Shown one piece after another: positions 27,281-35,451 of a stretch of 35,451 nucleotides of DNA (within the stretch, counting starts at the first letter, position 1; every line of letters starts with the position of its first letter). Made by a program: the position numbers and the translations under genes. The notes under the pieces were generated by a model, which was given only the letters and a program-made list of their open reading frames with translations, searched no databases and was not told the origin of the DNA. Origin of the DNA: a virus. Lineage: Duplodnaviria; Heunggongvirae; Uroviricota; Caudoviricetes. The stretch is from IMG/VR virus record IMGVR_UViG_2740892422_000002, positions 1-35,451 of that record; one strand, written 5' to 3'.

Positions 27281-27828
27281 AGAACTATTCTCCCGCTGTT
27301 TCTGGCGCGGGCATACGCACTGGTCAGTGCATCATATCCGCGCAGTTCCCGCCCGGTTTCGCTCACAGGTAAAGGCACGCCGTGTCGGGCAAAGGCTTCC
27401 CGAATGCAGCGCATATGCCACTGCTTGAGCGTTTCGAGCACAACCTGCAACGATTCCCCATGACACCAGGCCAGCGTGGAAACACCCTGACCACCATTAC
27501 GTCTGGCCGTCAGACGTTCAACGTATTTGTCCAGCGCGGCGTCGCTGATATCGGAGACGAAACCATCAAGAAACATCTGCTGCCAGATTTTATAAATCTT
27601 CTCGCGCGGTGTGACATGCCCCTTAAAGCGACGGCGGGGATGTTTTTTCTGCTTTTTAAAACCGCGCTCTTTCATGGCATCGAGCACTTGTTCCAGTTGT
27701 GCAACAGACAGCTCGCGGCAACTGGTTTTGCCCGTGCACTGCACCAGAAAAGCTCGGTAAGTGTCATCGTCGAGTTGCAACTCCCGACGGGCAACATGAA
27801 TTAATTTAATCAGGGATGTGCGGCTCAT
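27277..27828 (-). CDS. gemA: GemA-like early protein
   Basis: 183-aa ORF immediately upstream of mor, matching Mu gemA in position and size. Confidence 0.6.
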   Translation of the reverse strand: MSRTSLIKLIHVARRELQLDDDTYRAFLVQCTGKTSCRELSVAQLEQVLDAMKERGFKKQKKHPRRRFKGHVTPREKIYKIWQQMFLDGFVSDISDAALDKYVERLTARRNGGQGVSTLAWCHGESLQVVLETLKQWHMRCIREAFARHGVPLPVSETGRELRGYDALTSAYARARNSGRIVL

Positions 27829-28141
27829 TATGTCCCCCGGATTTAAAAATTAATTCAGTGTTGAATAGCTCTTTACTCATTCGCTGTAGCACATCGAGGG
27901 CGGCAACTGCCGCCACTTTATCCTGACTGGCAATGATTCCCCGCAACTCTTCGATAATCCATGCAGGGCTTAATGATTCAGCAATCATCGTGCGCTTTTC
28001 TGAAATTAAATTTTCTCTGGCCTGCTCATAGTGTTGGTATACGACATTATCCAGAAAATAATTTACCTCTTGTTCTGACATGCCACTGGAAATTAAGGTT
28101 GCAGCCATTAAATCAGCATCAGTAATCATCTGTATTTTCAT
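27806..28141 (-). CDS. hypothetical early protein (AT-rich accessory region)
   Basis: 111-aa acidic ORF between gam and gemA. Confidence 0.5.
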   Translation of the reverse strand: MKIQMITDADLMAATLISSGMSEQEVNYFLDNVVYQHYEQARENLISEKRTMIAESLSPAWIIEELRGIIASQDKVAAVAALDVLQRMSKELFNTELIFKSGGHNEPHIPD

Positions 28142-28316
28142 TTCTTAATACCTCTTCGCAATAAAAGATTTCATTGGGATAACGTTTTTGTATGCGCTCA
28201 ATCACCTGCATACATGCCTGCTCTGTGGGCCAGATTTTTTCTGTTGCCGGGATAGCATCACAGGCATCACTCCCGCAGGTGCCAACCAGCAGGACAAAGC
28301 CAATTGACTTAATCAT
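28119..28316 (-). CDS. small secreted or lipoprotein-like protein
   Basis: 65-aa product from ATG at 28316 (MIKSIGFVLLVGTCGSDACD...): N-terminal hydrophobic segment followed by Cys, with four further Cys. Confidence 0.45.
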   Translation of the reverse strand: MIKSIGFVLLVGTCGSDACDAIPATEKIWPTEQACMQVIERIQKRYPNEIFYCEEVLRNENTDDY

Positions 28317-28851
28317 GTTCACTGACTTCCTGTGTTGCTGCCGGAGCTGGTGAATAATCAAGAATGAGATAGCGCATGACGTGGTCGGTGATATTCCAGC
28401 CACTGGAACCACAAATAAAGCGCCCCAGCCGGATATCGATATACGCCATCACAAAACGGGGCATCCCCTGTTTGCACATCTCGTCATCCACTTCAGCAAC
28501 GATGTAAACCGACTCGCAGGTCAGTACGCCTGTCGCAAATTCTTTTGCCAGTGCCGGAATGGCATTGCCTTCCAGCCAGGGCAAAGAGCGGCGGAACGCG
28601 CACCATTGAGCATTATCAACAGCGGGGTGTTCCGTTGTTGCGTTTCGTCTTACTGGCGGCGTTGGACGAGGGCGCGGAACGTCATAAAATCCGTTACATT
28701 CAGTGAGAACTCCGGCATCAACCGCATCACGCAGGAAATACACCATTGACGAGGGCAGCATATTCATTTTTTCAGCCAGAACCCCGCAGGTCAGACGCCC
28801 GTAAGCCCGTAATAATGTGCTGACACCATTCAGAACTTTTGCATCAACCAT
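28309..28851 (-). CDS. hypothetical early protein, possible winged-helix N-domain
   Basis: 180-aa ORF; first gene after gam and a 98-bp spacer. Confidence 0.5.
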   Translation of the reverse strand: MVDAKVLNGVSTLLRAYGRLTCGVLAEKMNMLPSSMVYFLRDAVDAGVLTECNGFYDVPRPRPTPPVRRNATTEHPAVDNAQWCAFRRSLPWLEGNAIPALAKEFATGVLTCESVYIVAEVDDEMCKQGMPRFVMAYIDIRLGRFICGSSGWNITDHVMRYLILDYSPAPAATQEVSEHD

Positions 28852-28949
28852 TTTTTATTCCTCAGTAATCTGTTTCAGGCGCGAGCAATCCCCTGACGCA
28901 TCGCGCCATAATTAAAAGAAAGTGAACTAATTAAATATTAATGGTGGTA

Positions 28950-29474
28950 TTAAATACCGGCTTCCTGTTCAAACGGAATAATAGAAAAATCTTCAATGCC
29001 TGATTTAACTGTAATTCCGGCGACACCTGCGACTGCTTTCGGTTCCAGTAAAATCGCTTCCTTGTTGATTTCCTGTTTCGTGCGAATAAAGCGTTGCAGG
29101 CCAAGACGCTCCAGCGTTTCCATCACCGCATCCACACCGCGAATACTTACCGATGGTGGGCGCTGACGCCATGACACATCGCCGGTTACCAGGTTCGCCG
29201 TCTTCACCTTGCCGCCGTTCGTCAGTTCGTCGCGGTTCGCTTCACACCATCCCTGAACGCCTTTTGAAAGGGTTTCAATACTGGTTTTAAGGGGCGCAAT
29301 CTGTGAGGCGTATTTCTCAGTAATTTCAGCGATAGCGTCATTCATTTCCGTTTCAAGTCGTGCCGCTTCGCGTTGCAGGTCACCAATCCGGCGAATATCA
29401 CACACCACGGCATCGCGGGATTGCGGAACATAAGCTGCTGCGGCACTCTTGATTCGTTTTGCTGGTTTAGCCAT
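28950..29474 (-). CDS. gam: host-nuclease inhibitor Gam (Ku-like DNA end-binding protein)
   Basis: 174-aa ORF MAKPAKRIKSAAAAYVPQSRDAV... with coiled-coil; matches Mu Gam in length and sequence as recalled. Confidence 0.85.
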   Translation of the reverse strand: MAKPAKRIKSAAAAYVPQSRDAVVCDIRRIGDLQREAARLETEMNDAIAEITEKYASQIAPLKTSIETLSKGVQGWCEANRDELTNGGKVKTANLVTGDVSWRQRPPSVSIRGVDAVMETLERLGLQRFIRTKQEINKEAILLEPKAVAGVAGITVKSGIEDFSIIPFEQEAGI

Positions 29475-29494
29475 ATAAATAAAGCTCCTGTTAA

Positions 29495-29785
29495 TTAATA
29501 TTCGCTGTATACAATGCTGGATACAGCACGATTGCTTAATTCCATCTTTTGGGCAATGACATGAATAGCCAGCCCTTCTTTATAAAGTTCACGACACAAA
29601 TATTTGTCGTGCTCACTGACCCGGTATGCACACAACGATATTCCGTGCCTTCTGGCATGTGCCTGTAGGGCGGTTGGGGCAACGTTCAGTTTTTTCGCCA
29701 TTTCCTCGACGGTCATTTTCCCGACACTGGCTTCGATAAATTCCCGGTCTTCGCGTGACCATCTTTTGCGAGGGATTATCATCAT
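29495..29785 (-). CDS. small HTH-containing DNA-binding protein
   Basis: 96-aa product from ATG at 29785 with GGGAAGGAGG RBS; HTH-like segment TVEEMAKKLNVAPTALQAHARRHGIS. Confidence 0.5.
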   Translation of the reverse strand: MMIIPRKRWSREDREFIEASVGKMTVEEMAKKLNVAPTALQAHARRHGISLCAYRVSEHDKYLCRELYKEGLAIHVIAQKMELSNRAVSSIVYSEY

Positions 29786-29801
29786 GCCTCCTTCCCTGAA
29801 A

Positions 29802-30071
29802 TTAATGTTTGGCTGCATCCGGGTTATACCGGAATAACTCGCCTTCGGCTTCCAGCCCAAGTTCTCTGGCTGACTTCAACAACTCCTGGGTTGCTTTTTC
29901 AATAATTTCAGGAGCCATGCTCTTGATAATGCCTGCCATCACGTCATGTGGTCCGATTTGCGCCTTAGGTGACTGTTCTTTCAGTTGCACACTCATTCCT
30001 ACAAAGAAACCTCCTTTTTTCTGAAACTCAACATCTTCCATGCGGTTAAATTCAAAGATTACTTTTGCCAT
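29802..30071 (-). CDS. hypothetical early protein
   Basis: 89-aa product from ATG at 30071 with GAGGAA RBS (MAKVIFEFNRMEDVEFQKKGG...). Confidence 0.5.
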   Translation of the reverse strand: MAKVIFEFNRMEDVEFQKKGGFFVGMSVQLKEQSPKAQIGPHDVMAGIIKSMAPEIIEKATQELLKSARELGLEAEGELFRYNPDAAKH

Positions 30072-30099
30072 TTTGTTATTCCTCACAAATAAGCCGTTA

Positions 30100-30327
30100 T
30101 TAACGCCAGATAATCTGGCAACCATTAAGGCGGGCCGTCCATACGGAACGGGCAACCCCTGATTTATGCTCCATAATCCTGACAGCGTTTCTGACCAGCT
30201 CCGGTGGTGGGCAGGTGATTTCAAGTACCGGGCGGGCTACGCCCAGCCAGGATTCGTTGACGTGGCTGCCGTGCTCCTGTAACCAGGTCTTTACTTCCGT
30301 TGCCATTTTGATATTCCGTGACATCAT
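30100..30327 (-). CDS. kil: Kil-like small protein (by position after B)
   Basis: 75-aa product from ATG at 30327 with GGAGAG RBS, starting 13 nt after the B stop; assignment by synteny with Mu. Confidence 0.45.
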   Translation of the reverse strand: MMSRNIKMATEVKTWLQEHGSHVNESWLGVARPVLEITCPPPELVRNAVRIMEHKSGVARSVWTARLNGCQIIWR

Positions 30328-30340
30328 GATTTCGCTCTCC

Positions 30341-31279
30341 TTACGTGCGCAGCAGGGTTGAAATATCAACGTCGAGGTCTAATTCACGGAAAGCCTGACG
30401 CAGATAATCTTCATTAACACGTTCACCTTTGCCGTGGGCGGTCATGGCCGCAAGGCGCAGCGAGTGGTTCAGGATGCGAAGCGCACCTGGTTTTTGCGCA
30501 ATCTGCTGTAATAATTCCCGCTCGTTTTCGCCGGTAATTTGCCAGGCATCCGCAATGGCCTTTACATCATCAATTTTGGTTTTATTGATTGCCGTCCGTT
30601 TGGCAATACGGGAAAACAGTCGGGCAAATTCAACCGTTCTGTTACCACCGGTCATGTTTGAATAAACGCGGTGATTCCCCATCAGAACAAGGCCAATACG
30701 GGCGGATTCCTGCAACAGGCGGAGTTCTTCCAGAACTTCAGCGCCAAGATGATCAGCTTCGTCGATAATGACCAGCCCCTGCGTACCTTCAAGGCGGCGT
30801 CGCAAAGCGCGGGAGAGCGGCCCTTTGCGGCGCGGTGCGTCATTCATTCCCAGTTCATACGCCAGTTCAGTGAGACATTCCAGAACACTGGCGCAGGATG
30901 GGGTAATGGTGATCATCCAGACATTGTTATTGGTGCGACGAAATTCGCGGGCTGCTTCAGTTTTTCCCACACCTGGATTACCGCAGATAACAGAAATACT
31001 TTCAGTCAGGCTGGCAAAACGCATACTCGTCCAGATTTGGCGTGCTGTTCTGGTTTCCACAAAACGTGGTGGTTCTGGCAGCTCTGCGGCACGGTGATAG
31101 TTCTCCAGCCAGCGTTCCAGCGTCTGCGCAACACGTTCATTGTCGCCGTTGTACTTGTTATTCACGAATGCGCTTAACGTTCCTGCGGCCACGCCAGACT
31201 CGCGTGCAATTTGTGCATAAGTCGCTTTTTCACTTTCTACAAGCGTGCGCAGTCCTGCGCGAATATCGGAAATATTCAT
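30341..31279 (-). CDS. B: transposition ATPase / target DNA activator MuB
   Basis: 312-aa ORF with Walker A GNPGVGKT and Walker B IIDEADHL; near-identical to Mu B as recalled. Confidence 0.92.
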   Translation of the reverse strand: MNISDIRAGLRTLVESEKATYAQIARESGVAAGTLSAFVNNKYNGDNERVAQTLERWLENYHRAAELPEPPRFVETRTARQIWTSMRFASLTESISVICGNPGVGKTEAAREFRRTNNNVWMITITPSCASVLECLTELAYELGMNDAPRRKGPLSRALRRRLEGTQGLVIIDEADHLGAEVLEELRLLQESARIGLVLMGNHRVYSNMTGGNRTVEFARLFSRIAKRTAINKTKIDDVKAIADAWQITGENERELLQQIAQKPGALRILNHSLRLAAMTAHGKGERVNEDYLRQAFRELDLDVDISTLLRT

Positions 31280-31317
31280 CTGAATAACCTCGTAATTAAA
31301 TTTTGTTTAAACGTTAA

Positions 31318-33309
31318 TTAAATGGCTTTTTTACGTCTGTTCTGTTCCAGAATATCCAGCGAATGATTCAGATATTCATCACGATCAGTTTCATATTCAT
31401 CATCGGGTTCCTGGTATTTCACCTGCACCGTGTTACCGGAAGGCCGGAAAATACCAACAACCCTTGATTCTGGCGCTGCTGGTTCGGCTATCTGCGGCAG
31501 CAGTTCAGCAATTTCCAGCGCGTCCATTTGTTTCTGCGCCTTAATGGCTGCTTTAGTTGCAGATTTCAGTTGTTTCTGGCGGCGGCGATATTCACGGCCT
31601 GCCGCAGCATCATTAAACGCAACAGGTGCCAGACATTCCGCTTCACAGATAAACCGACCGTCCAGGGTGTAGCAATAAACCGTGCTGTGTAGCTGTTGTG
31701 GATCAAATCTGACCACAACTTTTTTCACTCCGGCATTCATTAACGCCATGTTGTAATAAACGTTTTTCGCGCCTTTAAGGGAGCCGCCAACTTTAAGCGT
31801 AAACTCGCCTTTGCGTGAAACGTTCACCGCCTCGGCAGGCAGTAACAGCATCCGTTTTTGTTCTTCGGTTGGCTTACGCACAATCGTTCTGGCGTATTCA
31901 CGCTCGAAAACATCATCAAACGAGAGTTTGCCCCCGCACATTTCTGTTTCACGGCCTGTTCTGGCATTGAACATCGCCACACCTTCGGCAAGGGTTTTCA
32001 GAAACAGCTCTGCATCAACAGCGCGGTCGCCATAGTTATCAGGTTTTGCCTGCGGATTTGGCCCCGTATATGCGCCAGCCAGTGCCGGATGCTTATCAAC
32101 GTATTCCTCAAGCCCACCAACACCGAAAGCACGTTCAACAGGTTTTGCCTGGCCCCAGCCTTTACCGGCAACAACGCTTGTCCAGTGCATTTTCGCGCCC
32201 ATCAGTAAAAACAGTCCCTTTGGATCGTCCTCTTTTACCTTAAAGCGGTAACGATTGGGCGCGCCTCCCGTCAGCCATTTATTCGCTGCACCACGGGTGT
32301 TATCAATGGTGATGTGAAAATCCTCCGGGATACCGTAGCGAGTCACAACATCCATGAACGAGAGGCGAATTGAATCAATGTTCTCGCTCACATCGCAGCG
32401 CCAGCCCAGAATTTTTCGGGTTTTCACATCCTGCCAGAACCATGTTTTCGGGCGGATCACATCACCGTTAAACCAGCGTACAAAGACGTTATGCAGATAA
32501 CCGTCGCCGTTGATCCACTGCATGGCGTCCAGGTGTTCCACAGTTCGTTGCTGTGCCGGTATCAGATGCATCAGTGCATGTTCACCTTCACGGCAGGCAA
32601 CAACCATTGCCTCGTCCAGTTGCTGAATCCGGCGAAAGGCCGTGGCACGGGAGGGAATATTCCAGTCATGCTCACGTGCTGCCAGTTCCAGACGCTCATA
32701 ACATTTGCGAAAGGCGGGTTTTTCCGGTCGCAGATAATCTGCAATCAGAAACTGCCAGGCATCCTCGTCAAATTCACTTTTGTGAACGTTGCGACGGGAT
32801 GCACCACGGCCATCAACAAGCGCAGCCGCCCAGTCAGACTTCGCAAACTTCTGTACCTGGTAATATTTGTCCCGCAAAGTGGATGCGCTGACCTGGTAAT
32901 GTCCAGCAACGGTCGCAAATGCCGTTTTCGTTGAAATCCCCTGGTTCAGCATTTCGTCTGCAGCCTGAACCGCAGGCAACCATTTTTCAGCAAGTCTGCG
33001 CTGGGAATCGCTGGCGTTATCCCATTTGCTCCACAGTGCCTCACGATCATAATCATGGGCTTCCAGCGTGGGGCGGGCGATTTCAAAACGGCCCAGGCTT
33101 GTTTCAATCTCTCCTTGTCTAAGCAATAACGCCGCTTTCGCTTCAACAGGTAAAGAGTTAGCATTGTATTCAATTGCTTTACCTCCTTTGACACCTGCTC
33201 TAGTGCGGTTTTGCCATCCTTGCTTTTTAGCGACATAAATCACACCAGCTGATGTTTTCGGCAAGCCAGGAAGATTCGCACACTCTTTCGGTGACACCCA
33301 AAGTTCCAT
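31318..33309 (-). CDS. A: DDE transposase MuA
   Basis: 663-aa product from ATG at 33309 ([15 protein letters not shown]...), one nucleotide after the ner stop; matches Mu A. The ORF-track 685-aa version carries a spurious 22-aa N-terminal extension. Confidence 0.92.
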
Positions 33310-33310
33310 A

Positions 33311-33538
33311 TTATTCACCTGCTTGATATCGGCTAGGCCAGATGACTTCCGGTTTAGTTTCAAGGGCGTTAGCAATAATCTGTTCGCCCTTTGGCCAGTG
33401 CCGTTCTAGCGCATTAGCTAATGTTGTTGGCGCATAACCAAACTGCCGAGAAAGAGCTGATAAAGAGAGCTTTCTTTTCTTAAGTCCCGCAATCACATCA
33501 GCACGATGCCAATCACGGACCTTTTCGTTGGAACACAT
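33311..33538 (-). CDS. ner: Ner DNA-binding regulator (negative regulator of early transcription)
   Basis: 75-aa [55 protein letters not shown]...; matches Mu Ner. Confidence 0.9.
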
Positions 33539-33706
33539 TTAAAAACCCTCCTAAGTTTTGTAATCTATAAAGTTAGTAATTTAACTAAGTGCAAAAACTT
33601 AGTTTACTTGCCAAAAAGATAAATACTGAAAAGTCTTTTGTAAAGTAACTTTTCAGTATTGTTGGGTGTATTTTGTTTATCACATTGAAAAATAAGGGTT
33701 TAAATT
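33539..33706. promoter_or_regulatory. divergent early/repressor promoter and operator region (also the expected position of the transposition enhancer)
   Basis: AT-rich intergenic between divergent ner (-) and c (+); 13-bp inverted repeat AATACTGAAAAGT/ACTTTTCAGTATT (33622..33634 and 33648..33660) and repeated GAAAAGT motifs. Confidence 0.7.
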
Positions 33707-34297
33707 TTGAAAAGTAACTTTACAGAATCCACTGATACTAAAAAGTCAATCTGGTGTACGCCGCAAGAAATTATGGCTGCTGATGGTATGCCTGGATCTG
33801 TTGCAGGTGTTCACTATCGGGCAAATGTTCAAGGCTGGACAAAGCGAAAAAAGGAAGGTGTGAAGGGGGGAAAAGCAGTTGAATACGATGTGATGTCTAT
33901 GCCCACCAAAGAACGAGAGCAAGTTATTGCACACCTAGGTCTGTCTATTCCTGGCACTGCTGCTCAAGCTAATGAGCAGCAGGATTCTTCGGAGCTGATA
34001 AACAAATTAACCACAACCTTAATCAATATGATTGAAGAACTGGAACCAGATGAAGCACGTAAGGCACTGAAACTTTTAAGCAAAGGTGGACTATTGGCGT
34101 TAATGCCACTTGTATTTAATGAACAGAAACTTTACAGCTTTATAGGATTTTCACAGCAAAGTATCCAGACGTTGATGATGCTAGATGCATTACCTGAAGA
34201 AAAACGCAAAGAGATTTTGTCAAAGTATGGGATTAATGAACAGGAGAGCCTTGTAGCTCCTTTGCAGGATCCACAAGATGTAAAAAAAGCCGTATAA
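33707..34297 (+). CDS. c: Mu-type repressor c
   Basis: 196-aa ORF (M)KSNFTESTDTKKSIWCTPQEIMAADGMPGSVAGVHYRANVQGW...; matches Mu repressor; begins with TTG at 33707 immediately after an in-frame stop. Confidence 0.88.
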   Translation: MKSNFTESTDTKKSIWCTPQEIMAADGMPGSVAGVHYRANVQGWTKRKKEGVKGGKAVEYDVMSMPTKEREQVIAHLGLSIPGTAAQANEQQDSSELINKLTTTLINMIEELEPDEARKALKLLSKGGLLALMPLVFNEQKLYSFIGFSQQSIQTLMMLDALPEEKRKEILSKYGINEQESLVAPLQDPQDVKKAV

Positions 34298-34456
34298 CAA
34301 CCAGGAACCTAGCTAAAACACACACTTCCCCTCAGTAACCTAGAGGGTAAGATACTGAAACAACAAAAGCTGTTTTTGATATACGTCATTCGCCAGAAGC
34401 CTGGTTGTTATCGGGTTTGAAGCGTTTTTGAAGCTGCAATTGAAATAATGCGTGAA

Positions 34457-34636
34457 GCAACTGCTTTTCGTATGTTTAATGAAACAAAAGCCATTTCTAA
34501 CAATCTTTCGCGTTTCAATGCTTAACGGCTAAAATTTGTTCTACAGGCTTGCAAGCCCCACCAAATCTAATCCCGTCAAATCCCGAATAATCCAATATCC
34601 TCCCGGTTTTTTTCGTACTTCTCGTGAATCAATACA
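34457..34636 (-). other. Mu left-end (attL) region with terminal MuA-binding sites; terminus at 34636
   Basis: Minus strand from 34636 reads TGTATTGATTCACGAGAAGTACGAAAAAAACCGGGAGGATATTGGATTATTCGGGATTTGACGGGATTAGATTTGG..., matching the Mu left end with a few substitutions. Confidence 0.85.
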
Positions 34637-35451
34637 CCGGTGATGAGCAGGTTGAGGTGCTGAAGGGCATCAGCCTCGATATTTATGCGGGTGAGATGGT
34701 CGCGATTGTTGGCGCTTCGGGTTCCGGTAAATCGACCCTGATGAATATTCTCGGCTGTCTGGATAAGGCCACCAGCGGCACCTATCGCGTCGCCGGTCAG
34801 GATGTTGCCACGCTGGACGCCGATGCGCTGGCGCAACTGCGCCGCGAGCATTTCGGCTTTATTTTCCAGCGTTACCATTTGCTTTCGCATTTAACCGCCG
34901 AGCAGAACGTTGAAGTACCCGCCGTCTATGCTGGTCTTGAGCGGAAACAGCGACTGCTTCGTGCCCAGGAGTTGCTGCAACGGCTGGGGCTGGAAGACCG
35001 TACAGAGTATTATCCGGCACAGCTTTCGGGTGGTCAGCAACAGCGCGTCAGCATCGCGCGGGCATTGATGAACGGTGGTCAGGTAATTCTTGCCGATGAA
35101 CCAACCGGCGCACTGGACAGCCATTCTGGCGAAGAGGTGATGGCGATCCTGCATCAGCTGCGCGATCGTGGGCATACGGTGATTATCGTCACCCACGATC
35201 CGCAGGTCGCTGCTCAGGCCGAGCGGGTGATCGAAATTCGCGACGGCGAAATTGTGCGCAATCCTCCCGCCATTGAAAAAGTGAATGTTACTGGCGGGAC
35301 GGAACCTGTTGTCAACACGGTGTCTGGCTGGCGGCAGTTTGTCAGCGGTTTTAACGAGGCGCTGACGATGGCATGGCGGGCGCTGGCAGCGAATAAAATG
35401 CGTACTTTACTGACCATGCTGGGGATTATTATCGGTATTGCGTCGGTGGTT
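34637..35451 (+). pseudogene. macB: macB (macrolide ABC transporter ATP-binding/permease), 3' portion only; gene interrupted by the prophage and running off the window end
   Basis: In-frame translation from 34639: [56 protein letters not shown]...[15 protein letters not shown]...[11 protein letters not shown]..., i.e. the ABC ATPase domain of E. coli MacB beginning around codon 18. Confidence 0.85.

Larger units (their letters stand above)
1..34636 (-). mobile_element. Mu-like transposable prophage, partial: the right end lies beyond the window start; genome inverted relative to window coordinates
   Basis: Mu-type left terminus at 34624..34636 (minus strand reads TGTATTGATTCACGAGAAGTACGAAAAAAACCGGGAGG); c/ner/A/B/gam/mor/lysis/head/tail/com-mom order matches phage Mu in reverse; no tyrosine or serine integrase present. 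Confidence 0.9.

Noticed and set aside
33310-33375. 22-aa N-terminal extension of the transposase ORF ([22 protein letters not shown]...).
   Set aside because: The extension lies entirely within the ner coding sequence; the ATG at 33309 gives the expected 663-aa MuA start (MELWVSPKE...) one nucleotide after the ner stop.
1-35451. CRISPR arrays, tRNA/rRNA genes, integrase or attP-type core sites.
   Set aside because: No regularly spaced repeats or tRNA-like cloverleaf candidates were seen on reading; a transposable Mu-like phage integrates by MuA transposition, so the lack of an integrase is expected.

Overview
Nearly the whole window (1..34636) is a Mu-like transposable prophage, lying inverted so that almost all phage genes are on the minus strand. 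Its left end (5'-TGTATTGATTCAC..., read on the minus strand) sits at 34636, directly abutting the 3' part of the host macrolide-efflux gene macB (34637..35451), so the insertion splits macB and the host is probably E. coli or a close relative. Reading right to left: left-end MuA-binding region, repressor c (+ strand), operator region, ner, transposase A, ATPase B, kil-like, AT-rich accessory early genes, gam, gemA-like, a single Mor/C-family regulator, an AT-rich secreted-protein moron, GH108-type endolysin and a divergent lysis cluster, terminase small and large subunits, portal, F, protease/scaffold I, major head T, head-tail joining genes, sheath, tube, chaperone, tape measure, N, baseplate genes, two tandem tail-fiber plus assembly-chaperone pairs, com, and the start of mom at the window edge. 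There is no gin recombinase or invertible G segment. Non-coding observations include an identical hairpin-plus-T-tract element upstream of both the endolysin gene and the head gene I, a 213-bp central non-coding region with phased repeats, and a GATC-containing palindrome upstream of com. All family assignments are from reading the translated ORFs and from synteny with phage Mu; no database search was possible, and the ORF track counts GTG/TTG as start codons.
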